Source: an uncultured Candidatus Saccharibacteria bacterium (GTDB taxonomy: Bacteria > Patescibacteriota > Doudnabacteria > UBA920). Taken from it: a DNA stretch of 64,000 nt. Under the pieces are notes generated by a model. It did no database searches. It was not told where the DNA came from and saw nothing but the letters and a program-made list of their open reading frames with translations. Position numbers and translations under genes: made by a program. Positions 1 through 10,447 of this stretch are shown here, in pieces (positions within the stretch are counted from its first letter, which is position 1; each line of letters opens with the position of its first letter). Location of the stretch: contig CAZKVS010000002.1 in the NCBI GenBank assembly GCA_964556325.1, forward strand, positions 13,599 to 77,598, read 5' to 3'.

Positions 1-3000
1 CTTTATTTGCACCAAGTCTTCTCGGCCTAAGTACTCATAACCCAACACTCGGAACACGTAGTCCAGTATGGACGTAGACATTTTAATGTTGTCATGTCCC
101 TGCACCGGCCCCGCTGGTTCAAACCGAGTAAAGGTAAAGGTGTCTACGTACTCTTGCAAACTTACTCCGCGCTGCAAACCTTTGGACACCGCAATGGCAA
201 AACAGTTAAGCAAGGAACGGTACGCAGCCCCGTCTTTATACATGTCTATAAATACTTCACCCACCCGACCATCTTCATACTCACCGGTACGCACGTATAC
301 TTTATGCCCACCGACTATTGCTTCCTGCGTCCAACCGCGGCGCTTAGTAGGCAAGCTTTCTTTTATTCCACGAGCAAGCGCGTGAGAGTGCACGGCTTCT
401 GGAGTGACTTCGTTTATGTCGTCTGGGTCTGCACCTAAGAGCGAAGCAAAGTCTGCGGTTGTGTTGGAGTTCAGCGGCTGGGAGAGTTTGGACCCATCCC
501 GGTACAAGGCCACCGCCTTCAACATAACCTTCCAAGAGTCCCAGTAGACTTTCTTTACCTCGTCTATGTTGGCCTCTGCCGGCATGTTTATAGTTTTGGA
601 AATAGCGCCAGAAATAAACGGCTGCACCGCGGCCATCATTTTCACGTGCGCGTCATAGGCAATGTATCGCTTGCCTTTGGTCCCACACTTGTTAGCGCAG
701 TCAAAAATAGCATAGTGTTCTTCCTTTAAGTACGGCGCGCCTTCAATAGTCATAGTCCCGGCTACGTACTCGTTCGCTGCTTGCACATGGTCAACAGTAA
801 AGCCGAGCGCACCCAGCACATCAAAGTTGGCTTCTTTCACATATTGGGCCAAACCAATACGATTCATTACCTCTTCACCCAAAGTCAGCGGGTTAAGCAC
901 AAAGCGAATATCAAAAGCAGAACCGAGTTTGGTTTCAACAAGCGCTAAGTCAGCGTCGGTAAACCCTTTCGCTTTCAAAGTCTCATGGTTAACAAACGGA
1001 GCGCCAACCAAAGTTCCATGCCCACGGGTATAGCTCTCTATCTCCGTAACCTGTTCTTCACTGTAGCCTAAACGCTTAAGTGCTTTTGGCACGCTGCTAT
1101 TTACAATTTTAAAGTATCCCCCACCGGCCAACTTTTTGAACTTTACCATGGCGAAGTCCGGCTCTACGCCGGTCGTGTCACAGTCCATAACCAACCCGAT
1201 AGTTCCGGTCGGCGCAATAACCGTTACCTGAGCGTTACGATACCCGTGCTTCTCGCCTCGCTCTAAGGCTTCATCCCAGACACCTCGAGCTGCTTGCACT
1301 AAGTATTCCGGAGCATGTTCGGCAGCAATACCTACCGGTAAAATAGTTAAACCTTCGTATTCTTTAGCCGTAGCGTTATACGCAGCACGACGATGGTTGC
1401 GAATAACTCGTAACATGTGCTCCTTATTCGCATCGTACCGGGCAAATGCGCCTAAGTGTTCCGCCATTTCTGCGCTTGTCGCATAACTCTCCCCGCACAT
1501 AATAGAACTAATACACCCGGCAATGCTCCTGGCTTCATCCGAGTCGTACGGTACACCCATGGTCATGAGTATAGTGCCCAAGTTGGCGTAGCCCAAACCC
1601 AAGGTTCGGAAAATGTAAGACAATTGAGCTATTTCTTGTCCCGGAAACTGGGCCATGAGCACGGAAATTTCTAACACAATAGTCCAAAGCCGGGTTGCAT
1701 GCTTAAAGCCGGCGACGTCAAACTGTCCGGTTTCTGCATTGTAAAAATGAGCCAAGTTTATGGAAGCCAAGTTACAGGCGGTGTTATCCAAAAACATGTA
1801 TTCACTGCATGGGTTAGAACCATTAATGCGACCATCTTCGGGACAGGTGTGCCACTCATTAATGGTGGTATCAAACTGCAAACCCGGATCGGCACAGGCC
1901 CACGCCGCGTAGCCAATTTGGTCCCATAATTGTCGAGCTTTAATCGTCCTCGCCACCGCGCCGGAAGTACGCCAGGTTAAATCCCAGTTCCGGTCATGAC
2001 TTACCGCTTCCATGTACTCGTTAGTCACTCGAATAGAGTTGTTGGAGTTCTGACCGGATACGGTATTATATGCTTCGCTTTCAAAATGCGTGTTAAATGT
2101 CGGAAAGTCCAATTTGTCATAACCCTGGTCAACCAACGCCAACGCTCGGACTATGTAGCTCATGGGCACCTGGAACGAAAGAGCTGTCTTAATAGCCTTA
2201 CGCAACTTTTCGTTCGTGTGATAATCGGTCGTCTTCTCAGCCGTGGCAATAGCCATAATGTCGTTCAAGTGCTGAGAGTTGATGGTACTACCGGTAACTA
2301 GATCGGCAACTTTTTGCTCCTCTAATACTTTCCAGTTAATAAACTCTTCTACATCCGGATGATCGGCATTTACTACCACCATTTTAGCGGCGCGACGAGT
2401 AGTACCGCCGGACTGGATAGCGCCTGCGGAACGGTCAAAAATACGCAACCAAGACATCATACCGGAAGTCTTACCCCCACCGGTTAACGGTTCGCCTTTC
2501 GCACGCAACGTAGAAAAGTTACCACCAGTACCGGAGCCGTATTTAAACAAGCGGGCTTCGCGCGTAATGGCGTCAAAAATACCGCCCGGGTTCACCAAGT
2601 CATCGTTTACCTTTTGGATAAAACAGGCGTGTGGCTGTGGATGAGTATACGCATCTTCAGACAATTTAGTCACTCCGGTTGCCGGATCCACATAGTAGTG
2701 GCCCTGAGGTTGCCCGGTAATGCCGTACGCCCAATTTAAACCGGTGTTAAACCACTGCGGACTGTTGGGTGCGCCCATTTGTGTAATGAGCATGAACTCC
2801 ATTTCATCTTGGAATGCCTGCGCATCTTCTGCTGACGCAAAATACCCATGTTCCTCACCCCAAAACCGCCAAGTCCCCGCCAATCTCCGTACCACCTGCC
2901 GACTGCTTTTCTCACTTCCCGTCACAGGCTTGCCGTCTGAGTCAAACACCGGTTTCCCCTGCTCATCCACCTGAGGCACCCCGGCTTTTCGGAAATATTT

Positions 3001-3234
3001 TTGAGCCAAAATGTCCGTTGCTACCTGGCTCCAGGTGACCGGAACTTCAACATCTTTTATTTCCTTTACAATGGAGCCGTCGGGGTTGCGAATAACCGAA
3101 CTGCGCTTTTCATACACCAATTGTGCCAGAGGATCTACGCCGGCCTGGGTGTAAACACGGGGTATTTTCAGACCTGAGCCCTTTTTTGCTTTAACTGCAG
3201 GAGTGGTTTGTTCTTGGGTGAGTGTTTCAGACAT
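1..3234 (-). CDS. nrdJ: Class II (adenosylcobalamin-dependent) ribonucleotide reductase; 3' end runs off the window
   Basis: Absent from the ORF track because it is truncated. Manual translation from ATG 3234 (MSETLTQEQ...[20 protein letters not shown]) shows SNPCSEYMF and [22 protein letters not shown] motifs, and the same frame reaches base 1 ([13 protein letters not shown]). Confidence 0.95.
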   Translation of the reverse strand, partial: MSETLTQEQTTPAVKAKKGSGLKIPRVYTQAGVDPLAQLVYEKRSSVIRNPDGSIVKEIKDVEVPVTWSQVATDILAQKYFRKAGVPQVDEQGKPVFDSDGKPVTGSEKSSRQVVRRLAGTWRFWGEEHGYFASAEDAQAFQDEMEFMLITQMGAPNSPQWFNTGLNWAYGITGQPQGHYYVDPATGVTKLSEDAYTHPQPHACFIQKVNDDLVNPGGIFDAITREARLFKYGSGTGGNFSTLRAKGEPLTGGGKTSGMMSWLRIFDRSAGAIQSGGTTRRAAKMVVVNADHPDVEEFINWKVLEEQKVADLVTGSTINSQHLNDIMAIATAEKTTDYHTNEKLRKAIKTALSFQVPMSYIVRALALVDQGYDKLDFPTFNTHFESEAYNTVSGQNSNNSIRVTNEYMEAVSHDRNWDLTWRTSGAVARTIKARQLWDQIGYAAWACADPGLQFDTTINEWHTCPEDGRINGSNPCSEYMFLDNTACNLASINLAHFYNAETGQFDVAGFKHATRLWTIVLEISVLMAQFPGQEIAQLSYIFRTLGLGYANLGTILMTMGVPYDSDEARSIAGCISSIMCGESYATSAEMAEHLGAFARYDANKEHMLRVIRNHRRAAYNATAKEYEGLTILPVGIAAEHAPEYLVQAARGVWDEALERGEKHGYRNAQVTVIAPTGTIGLVMDCDTTGVEPDFAMVKFKKLAGGGYFKIVNSSVPKALKRLGYSEEQVTEIESYTRGHGTLVGAPFVNHETLKAKGFTDADLALVETKLGSAFDIRFVLNPLTLGEEVMNRIGLAQYVKEANFDVLGALGFTVDHVQAANEYVAGTMTIEGAPYLKEEHYAIFDCANKCGTKGKRYIAYDAHVKMMAAVQPFISGAISKTINMPAEANIDEVKKVYWDSWKVMLKAVALYRDGSKLSQPLNSNTTADFASLLGADPDDINEVTPEAVHSHALARGIKESLPTKRRGWTQEAIVGGHKVYVRTGEYEDGRVGEVFIDMYKDGAAYRSLLNCFAIAVSKGLQRGVSLQEYVDTFTFTRFEPAGPVQGHDNIKMSTSILDYVFRVLGYEYLGREDLVQIK

Positions 3235-3277
3235 AGGGGTGTAATTTATTTTTAGCTGGTATTCGAAAAACAAAAAA

Positions 3278-3724
3278 TTATAGTTTACTTAACGCCGCGC
3301 GGAAATCTTCCGGATCCTCAAACTGCAGATAGACTGCTGCAAAGCGGATATAGGCGGCCTTACTCGCTTTCTTAAGCCTCTTCATCACTATCTCGCCAAT
3401 TTCTTTGCTTTCAATTTGACTATTGGCCGATTTTTTTTGAATGTCCTGCTCAATGCCGGAGACTATTTTACGCAGCGTTTCATCTGTATGAGGTAACTTC
3501 CAGAAAGACTGTTTTACTCCTCGCTCCATTTTTTCTCGCGAGTAACTCTCTACATGACCGTCGCGTTTAATCACGCTTAAATCCAAAATTTCTATTTGTT
3601 CGTAGGTAGAGAAGCGAAAACTACAGGCGTCACACTCCCGACGCCGCCTAATAGCGTCGTCTTCCTCTACGGGACGGGAGTCGATGACCTTAGTTTCATC
3701 CTTCAGACAACTCGGACATCGCAT
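3278..3724 (-). CDS. nrdR: Transcriptional repressor NrdR
   Basis: MRCPSC...KVIDSR...[17 protein letters not shown] zinc ribbon plus ATP-cone with AYIRFA; adjacent to nrdJ. Confidence 0.97.
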   Translation of the reverse strand: MRCPSCLKDETKVIDSRPVEEDDAIRRRRECDACSFRFSTYEQIEILDLSVIKRDGHVESYSREKMERGVKQSFWKLPHTDETLRKIVSGIEQDIQKKSANSQIESKEIGEIVMKRLKKASKAAYIRFAAVYLQFEDPEDFRAALSKL

Positions 3725-3790
3725 AATTTGTTATTTTACTGCTATTCTTTTCAAACTAACGTGTATATCGTGTCGTTCGTAAGCCAATAA

Positions 3791-3839
3791 ACACAATATG
3801 TTGTGTTTCAAGATATGTCTTACATACCATATGTAGTAT
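3791..3839. promoter_or_regulatory. Tandem NrdR boxes
   Basis: acacaatatgttgtgt (3791-3806) and ataccatatgtagtat (3824-3839) fit the acaCwAtATaTwGtg consensus; starts 33 bp apart, upstream of nrdR-nrdJ. Confidence 0.85.
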
Positions 3840-3920
3840 ATCCAACAATATCAAAACAACCAAAAAACAAACTCGGCATAGCTATGAGCAACCAGAAAAT
3901 GTAAAAATAAGTTATCCACA

Positions 3921-3954
3921 AAAAATCCTACCCTTGCATAGGAAGGGTAGGATT
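3921..3954 (-). terminator. Intrinsic terminator after ftsZ
   Basis: aatcctaccctt / aagggtaggatt stem followed by a T-run on the minus strand. Confidence 0.75.
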
Positions 3955-3968
3955 ATATCTCAGTGTAA

Positions 3969-5171
3969 CTATTTTATTTTGCGCCGAATGAAAGCAGGGA
4001 TATCTAGCTCATCATCCGATCCGCTTGCTGACTGAGCAGGGGCGCTAGCTTCACTTATAGGCGTAAATTGAGGACGTCTCGGCTGAGCAGAGGGCTCAAC
4101 GGCAACCGGAGGCTGTTGTGGCGCCACAGGAGCTTGAGGAGTGTGTGCGGTAAAAATCCGACGCTCCTCCGGCTGTGCAGGCTGCGGTGCAGTGACCGGC
4201 TTTCTATTGGTCTCATCAAAACCGGTAGCAATGACTGTTATACGTACTTCGTCGCCCATTTCTTCATCTATAACAGCGCCAAACTTCACTCGCGCATCCG
4301 GATCTATGCTCTTAGTAATAGCCTTGGCAGCTTCATCGATTTCAAACATACCCAGCGATGAACCACCGGTGATATTGAACAGCACGCCTTGAGCACCGTC
4401 TATGGAAAGTTCTAATAACGGAGAGTTTACAGCCATACGAGCTGCTTCTGCCGCTCTATTTTCACCGCTCGCTCGGCCAATACCCATAAGAGCGGTTCCG
4501 GCATCCTGCATAATACTCCGAACGTCTGCAAAATCTGCGTTGACTACCCCGTGAGAGGTAATTAAGTCCGAAATACCGGCAATGCCTTGTCGAAGAATGT
4601 CATCCACGGTGCTAAATGCGTCTACCAGGGAAGTCTTCTTGTCAATTATCTGTAAAATTCGATCGTTATGTATAGAGATAATTGCGTCGACTTTGTCTTT
4701 GAGATTAGCGTATCCCATCTCAGCAATCTCTTTACGCTTATTCCCCTCAAAATTAAACGGCTTTGTAACCACTGCAACGGTCAGTATGCCCCGATTCTTA
4801 GCCAACTCAGCAACAATGGGTGCAGCACCGGTTCCTGTACCACCACCAAGACCGCAGGTAATAAATACCATATCGGCATTGCTGATAACTTCTTCTATCT
4901 CCTCTTGAGACTCTTCGGCAGCCTGACGTCCGATGTCAGGATTCATACCACTACCCAAGCCTTTGGTAATGCTCTTGCCGATATGCACCTTTTTATCCGC
5001 AGCATTATTATGTAAAGCCTGAGCATCCGTATTGATTGCCACAAACTCCACACCACGAATACCCAACTCAGTCATACGATTAACTGCGTTGGTACCGCCT
5101 CCGCCCACACCGAGTACTTTAATCCGGGCAAATGACTCTATCTTTGTCTTAACTTCCATTGTTTTCTTCAT
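3969..5171 (-). CDS. ftsZ: Cell division protein FtsZ
   Basis: GVGGGGTNAV, GLGGGTGTG tubulin signature, C-terminal LDIPAFIR. Confidence 0.99.
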   Translation of the reverse strand: MKKTMEVKTKIESFARIKVLGVGGGGTNAVNRMTELGIRGVEFVAINTDAQALHNNAADKKVHIGKSITKGLGSGMNPDIGRQAAEESQEEIEEVISNADMVFITCGLGGGTGTGAAPIVAELAKNRGILTVAVVTKPFNFEGNKRKEIAEMGYANLKDKVDAIISIHNDRILQIIDKKTSLVDAFSTVDDILRQGIAGISDLITSHGVVNADFADVRSIMQDAGTALMGIGRASGENRAAEAARMAVNSPLLELSIDGAQGVLFNITGGSSLGMFEIDEAAKAITKSIDPDARVKFGAVIDEEMGDEVRITVIATGFDETNRKPVTAPQPAQPEERRIFTAHTPQAPVAPQQPPVAVEPSAQPRRPQFTPISEASAPAQSASGSDDELDIPAFIRRKIK

Positions 5172-5279
5172 ACGGTCCGATCCTAATATACGAATTGTAT
5201 CGGAATATCCCGAATACTACAAATCTTCCCAAGACCCTACAAAACTAGTACTCGAAATAACGGCAATTCTGCGAATCGG

Positions 5280-6521
5280 CTACGGTAAAAATGACTTAAA
5301 CCAGCGCTTTAATTTTAACATATTGGGGTTTTCCAACAACCGTCTCGCACTTGAGCCAAAACCACTCGAGCTGGCCGAAAAAGCGGAAGACCACAGCACT
5401 AACCCGCACACTGCCGCAAACGACGGATCATCTACTCGGTCAATAATAGTCCGTAAACCCTGCAATTGTCCTCGACTTGCGGGTAACCGTAAAGCGCTCT
5501 TTGCGTATTCTGCTATACCCGGTAAATTCGCCGACCCCCCGACCAATACAACCCCTGCAGGCAGTTTGCCGTCACGGTTAATGAGCTTTAGCTCTTTGTT
5601 CACGTACTCAAAAATTTCTGCAAGACGAGCTTCTATAATTTCCACCACTTCGCGCCGATCCACCTGTTCAGTTTCCGTTTCGTCCAGTTTAGATAAATCT
5701 ATGGTTAAATGTTTATCTATACTTTCCGGATCTGCATGTCCGTAGAGCACCTTCACCCGCTCAGCGGTGTCTATACTTGTACGAAGCCCAATCGCTAAAT
5801 CGTTGGTAATATGTAAACCACCCAACGGCAACACCGCGGTGTGTAATAAAGTATTTTCTTCGTATACTGCAATACTCGTTGTGCCCGCTCCTATGTCTAC
5901 AAGCACGACACCCAATTCTTTTTGCTTGCGGGACAACACTGCAGTCGCAGATGCGAGGGGCCCTACCACTAACTCGTCTACCTGCAAACCAGCCTGGCTG
6001 CACACTCGCTGCATATTCTTTATAAGCGGGCTTGAACCATGCACAATGGTTGTTTCCACTTCCAGCCTCACCCCTGTCATCCCCAATGGATCTTTTATAC
6101 CTTCCTGACCGTCCAATACAAAGGTCTTGGGAATAACGTGCAGTACTTCTCTATTGGAAGGGATAGAGACGGCCTGCGCTGCGTCGATAACTCGAATAAT
6201 ATCTGCCTCTGTCACCTCACCGTCAGCTTTAGACACCGCAATGACCCCGCGAGAAGTTAGACAGGCCAAGTGCGCTCCGCCCACGCTTACTAAAGCACTG
6301 GTCACCGGCACCGCAGTCATGCGCTCCACCTTTTCCAACGCACTCGATATTGCAGTAACTGCTTCATCCAGGTCAACCACTACGCCACGCCGAAGGCCGG
6401 CTGCGGGAACACTCACAGCACCCACCACCGCTGGTTCAACTTCTGGCTCAAGCTTAACCTGAACCACTCGAACAGAGTGGGTACCAATATCAATTCCGGC
6501 GATGTAGTGCTCTTTAGCCAT
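5280..6521 (-). CDS. ftsA: Cell division protein FtsA
   Basis: GIDIGT, DIGAGTT and LVGGSA actin-fold motifs; upstream of ftsZ; start moved to MAKEHY. Confidence 0.97.
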   Translation of the reverse strand: MAKEHYIAGIDIGTHSVRVVQVKLEPEVEPAVVGAVSVPAAGLRRGVVVDLDEAVTAISSALEKVERMTAVPVTSALVSVGGAHLACLTSRGVIAVSKADGEVTEADIIRVIDAAQAVSIPSNREVLHVIPKTFVLDGQEGIKDPLGMTGVRLEVETTIVHGSSPLIKNMQRVCSQAGLQVDELVVGPLASATAVLSRKQKELGVVLVDIGAGTTSIAVYEENTLLHTAVLPLGGLHITNDLAIGLRTSIDTAERVKVLYGHADPESIDKHLTIDLSKLDETETEQVDRREVVEIIEARLAEIFEYVNKELKLINRDGKLPAGVVLVGGSANLPGIAEYAKSALRLPASRGQLQGLRTIIDRVDDPSFAAVCGLVLWSSAFSASSSGFGSSARRLLENPNMLKLKRWFKSFLP

Positions 6522-6603
6522 AATTCTAAATGCAAATTGCAAATTGTTGATTGTAGATTTAAAAGTGCGCCTGAATGAGCAATCTCAAATCTGCAATGTG
6601 CAA

Positions 6604-7044
6604 TTATTTTAGTGTTTCTTTAAGTACTTTTGAAAGCACGGCCCCGTCTGCAGAGGCGCCAAACTTTTCCTTCAATGCTTTCATTGCTAAGCCAAACTCT
6701 TTTGCCGTCCAACCGTTAGCAACGCTCAATTCTTGCACTGCAGCCGTAATCTCTTGCTCACTCACCTGTGCCGGTAAAAATTCAAGCAACACCTCTGCTT
6801 CCGCTTTTTCTGCCGCCGCAAGCTCTACCCTATTCCCCTTTATAAATTCACCTTCCGCTTCCTTGCGACGTTTATATTCAGACTGTATAACCGCCAAGAC
6901 GGCCGCTTCGGAAAGGTCCGAACCGGCCGCAATGCGTTCATTCTTTAATCGCGATAACAACATACGCAAAGTTCGAGAGGTAACTTCATCTCTCGCTTTT
7001 AAAGCGACACTCACTCGTTGCTCTAAATCTTGTATGGAAACCAT
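6604..7044 (-). CDS. GatB/YqeY domain protein
   Basis: ALKARD...LRML...KRRKEA...ELAAAEKAE...FLPAQ...ADG pattern; follows rpsU. Confidence 0.9.
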   Translation of the reverse strand: MVSIQDLEQRVSVALKARDEVTSRTLRMLLSRLKNERIAAGSDLSEAAVLAVIQSEYKRRKEAEGEFIKGNRVELAAAEKAEAEVLLEFLPAQVSEQEITAAVQELSVANGWTAKEFGLAMKALKEKFGASADGAVLSKVLKETLK

Positions 7045-7107
7045 GCGTATTTGTTTTATATGCCAGACTAGACTGTAGCCCAACAAAAATTTTTGATAAA
7101 TAAACTA

Positions 7108-7353
7108 CTATCGGGACTTGAACTGAGTCGTATGTCGAGTAATGGGCTTACCGAGTTTTTTCAGTTCTTCGCGAAGCTCTCGGAGTTCAGAACGTCGCCG
7201 AGCAGCTACCCGTTGCAGGTTACGGCTCTTGCCCGGTTCAAAAAACCGAGTTTTGCGAGCGCGCACTAAAATACCGCTTTGTTGAATTTTGCGGTTAAAA
7301 CGTCGGAGTAAACTTTCAAATGACTCGTTGTCTTTACGTTTAACTTCTACCAA
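7108..7353 (-). CDS. rpsU: 30S ribosomal protein S21
   Basis: VEVKRKDNESFESLLRRF; TTG start preceded by GAGGTG. Confidence 0.93.
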   Translation of the reverse strand: MVEVKRKDNESFESLLRRFNRKIQQSGILVRARKTRFFEPGKSRNLQRVAARRRSELRELREELKKLGKPITRHTTQFKSR

Positions 7354-7598
7354 TTCTGCTCACCTCTCTCTCTAATAGATATCTTTTCGTGCTTGATCAA
7401 GCAAAATATGCTTTAAAACAGCACAATAAGTAGGGTAACTGTACCATAACTAAGCCGGCTTGGTCAAACAGCCGCAACCCATCCTAATCCTTAACCCGCC
7501 TTGACTCGTCGGCGAGGCAGGTCTTTTATCCTGGAGCAGAACCCCCAGCAAATAAAAGAATAGCAACCAGGATGCAACCACCGAAGGTTAACCATAGA

Positions 7599-7940
7599 CT
7601 ACTCCGCCAACTCCATACCACCGAGTACGTGCAAATGAAGATGCGGTACAATCATTCTGCCATTTTTGCCTACGTTATACGATAAGCGATACCCCGTCTG
7701 CTCCACTCCCAACTGCTTAGCTACCCGCTGGGCAGTCAATACCATTTTTCCCACCAACATTTGATCTGCATCCGTTAAATCCACAACAGAAGGAATATGC
7801 TTCCTCGTAATGACCAAAACATGCACGGGTGCCTTAGGCAAAATATCTTGTATGGCCAATACGTCGTCATCTTCAAAATAAACTTTCGCCGGAACCGTAT
7901 GTGTGGCGATATTGCAAAATACGCAGTCGTCGTTATCCAT
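7599..7940 (-). CDS. HIT family nucleotide-binding protein
   Basis: CVFCNI...HLHLHVLGG histidine triad. The ORF-track N-terminal extension is repeat-derived. Confidence 0.95.
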   Translation of the reverse strand: MDNDDCVFCNIATHTVPAKVYFEDDDVLAIQDILPKAPVHVLVITRKHIPSVVDLTDADQMLVGKMVLTAQRVAKQLGVEQTGYRLSYNVGKNGRMIVPHLHLHVLGGMELAE

Positions 7941-8028
7941 ATTCGTAGCTTCATGAGCTTCAAAAGCTTGCAAGCTTCCAAAGCTGTGTTAAATCTTAAA
8001 GCTTGGGAAGCTGTAGAAGCTCCAGAAG

Positions 8029-9309
8029 CTATCTCCCTAGTCTCTTTCTTACTTCATCTACAATTTTATCATAGCTAAAGACCTCTTGCATCCCGCTTTT
8101 TACATCCCGCAAGATTACCACCTCATCAACTGCCTCTTTCTGGCCCATTATGAGCGCCACAGGACTCCCCGCCTCTTGAGCTGCTTTAAGCTGATTTTTC
8201 ACACCCACATATCCAAAATAATCAAACACAGTCATACCTCCCTCAACTAAGTCACGGAACAATCGGAGTGACCGTTTGGCAGCCAGCTCACCGAGTGGCA
8301 CCAAATATACTTCTGCAGGCCGCTTAGGAGTTGCCTTTGCCACTGCCCCTCGCTCCATAAGCGCTTGATGCAGCTGGAGAAAACTGCCGTGTAACCCAAA
8401 AGCATGAACGTTTTTACCCCCTAATTTTTGGACCAAATTAGTATGACCTTCTGCTTGCGCAACGACTAAGGCGCGCCCATCCAATTTTAACTTCAATACC
8501 GCAATTGTCCCGCTCGCACCTTCCATCCCAGCCAATAACGGGTTCAACTGATAAGGAATTTGTAGTTCTTCAAGGGCTTCGAGTAAATTAGTAAAGTGCT
8601 TACGGGAAGATTCATCTAAGAAATCTAAAATAGTAGGCGCCTCACTCAACAAAGACTGGCAGTCCAAATTCTGACACCTCAGTACCGCCAAAGGATGTTC
8701 TTGTAGGTTATCTGCGCAGGTATCACAAAGCTGATATCGTTTCCCTTTCAAAAAATCCCGCAAAGCTGCTCCATAGGTTTCTTGGCACGATTCATTTCCG
8801 CAGGTATTCACTTCAAAGGCCACATCACTGAGACCAATTGAACTAAATAATTGCCAGGCTGCCCCTAATACTTGCGCTTCGGTCAGGTGATTGTAGCTTC
8901 CCCAGACTTCCAAACCAAACTCATAGTCGGCAGCGAGTTGTTTTTGTCCGTCTTGTATTACCGTGCCGCTATAAACCCATTTGGTAAGTTTAGGATCCTG
9001 GGTACGAACTTGAGAGAGCAAACGCAACATAGAGGGTAGCAGACTCGAACGAAAGGCGACTTGCCGACCCGCTGCTTCACCCACCACTAAATTTTTAACT
9101 CGAGCATCTTCCGTAGCGTATACATGTTGATACAAGAGCGGATCTTCTGCTACTGGTAGCTCCAGTCGAGTAAAACCGTATTGGCTCGCGTAGCGGTCAA
9201 AATTCTCAAGTAAGGTCTGCCAGGCACTGTCTGCACTGGTGATGATGTCAAATATTCCTGGTAAGTTAGCAGCTTTACGACTCGATTGGGTGGCTATTTT
9301 TTTATCCAT
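8029..9309 (-). CDS. Histidyl-tRNA synthetase-like protein with degenerate catalytic motifs
   Basis: PGIFDI start, YGFTRLELP, Cys-rich insertion LCDTC..PLAVLRC, and anticodon-binding C-terminus (KNQLKAA...ILRDVKSG). Motif 2, RGLDYY and GGRYD are not recognisable. Confidence 0.8.
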   Translation of the reverse strand: MDKKIATQSSRKAANLPGIFDIITSADSAWQTLLENFDRYASQYGFTRLELPVAEDPLLYQHVYATEDARVKNLVVGEAAGRQVAFRSSLLPSMLRLLSQVRTQDPKLTKWVYSGTVIQDGQKQLAADYEFGLEVWGSYNHLTEAQVLGAAWQLFSSIGLSDVAFEVNTCGNESCQETYGAALRDFLKGKRYQLCDTCADNLQEHPLAVLRCQNLDCQSLLSEAPTILDFLDESSRKHFTNLLEALEELQIPYQLNPLLAGMEGASGTIAVLKLKLDGRALVVAQAEGHTNLVQKLGGKNVHAFGLHGSFLQLHQALMERGAVAKATPKRPAEVYLVPLGELAAKRSLRLFRDLVEGGMTVFDYFGYVGVKNQLKAAQEAGSPVALIMGQKEAVDEVVILRDVKSGMQEVFSYDKIVDEVRKRLGR

Positions 9310-9341
9310 AGTTCGTGTAATAAAATACTGAGTGGGAAGGG

Positions 9342-9974
9342 TTATTGAGGGAAATTGTAATGCTGTATGAAACCCAGTTGGCTTAACGGGAGCACTCGAA
9401 GCCATACTTTTCCTATAAACTCGGCTTTGGGTAAGGGACCCCAGACTCTTGAATCACTACTGTACATTCGATTATCTCCCAGCACATAGTACTCACTCCC
9501 ACTCAACTCAACCAGTTCTGGCCTACCCAATGTGACATTTTGATCAGGCAAATACGTTTCGTCTAAGGTAAACCCTTCGGGATGCGCTGTGTTATATACA
9601 GTTACACGCCCCTGCCCTACCGTGACTCGCTCTCCCGGTAAAGCAATGATTCGTTTAATGAAATACTGGGTGGGATCTTTTGGATACCGAAACACAATAA
9701 CGTCCCCTCGCTCAGGTTGATGAAAACGATACGATAGCTTTTCAACAATCAAGTATTCCCGATTATGAAAATTGGGCACCATAGAAGACCCAGAAACTAC
9801 AAAAGGCTCGGCTATAAAAGGGCGGATAATGCCCCACACTAAAACGAATGCCACTAAAAAAACTTTGGCCAAATCCCACACAAATAAGGCAATAGACCGA
9901 ACCGTGGCTGCCAATTCACTGGTTTTATGTCCTTCATCTAACTTTTCATTGTCTGTTTGTTTGAAATTGAACAC
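9342..9974 (-). CDS. lepB: Signal peptidase I
   Basis: GSSMVPN, RGDVIVF, FIKRII, GDNRMYSSDSR. Confidence 0.97.
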   Translation of the reverse strand: MFNFKQTDNEKLDEGHKTSELAATVRSIALFVWDLAKVFLVAFVLVWGIIRPFIAEPFVVSGSSMVPNFHNREYLIVEKLSYRFHQPERGDVIVFRYPKDPTQYFIKRIIALPGERVTVGQGRVTVYNTAHPEGFTLDETYLPDQNVTLGRPELVELSGSEYYVLGDNRMYSSDSRVWGPLPKAEFIGKVWLRVLPLSQLGFIQHYNFPQ

Positions 9975-10101
9975 GAATATAGTCTTAAATTATGAAGTAT
10001 GAATCAGGAATTAAGAATAACGAAAGAAATCATAACGGGTTGTTCGTAATTCAAAATTATTCTGGTGGGCGCGCTCAGCGTGCCCTTCACCACGCTAAGC
10101 G

Positions 10102-10178
10102 TGGTGGTCGCACCTGGACTCGAACCGGGGACCTCACCGATGTGAACGGTGCGCTCTAACCAACTGAGCTATGCGACC
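10102..10178 (-). tRNA. tRNA-Val(CAC)
   Basis: GGTCGCATAGCTCAGTTGGTTAGAGCGCACCGTTCACATCGGTGAGGTCCCCGGTTCGAGTCCAGGTGCGACCACCA; full cloverleaf with encoded CCA. Confidence 0.97.
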
Positions 10179-10447
10179 GATGTGATACAAAATATTCTTC
10201 TCTCATCAACGGATACCGACGATATACCAGACCAGCTGCTTGTCCCTCGTAGTTCCGACTCTTAGTCGGAACGTAGGGGGAAGCTAATTGTCCGCCACAC
10301 CTATAAAATCCTGCGTACGTATCCAGAAAGGAAGCAATCTACGCGGAGATTAAACCAACTATACCATCCTAAACCTAACTATGCAAGATAATTAAGCCCA
10401 AAAAAATCCGCACAAAAGTGCAGTTTTTTGCTATACTTACATACACT

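Noticed and set aside
68-3038. Short plus-strand ORFs in the track
   Set aside because: They are antisense shadows of nrdJ. The same applies to most short overlapping ORFs across the window.
1-3234. Intein or intron in nrdJ
   Set aside because: The motifs read through at expected spacing, and no splice-junction or homing-endonuclease motifs were seen.
3912-3920. DnaA box TTATCCACA as oriC
   Set aside because: It is a single box with no cluster and no dnaA or dnaN nearby.
10306-10351. SRP RNA-like hairpin (TCCAGAAAGGAAGCA)
   Set aside because: It lacks the CAGG 5' strand and GNRA tetraloop, and the stem is too short. It needs cmscan before any call.
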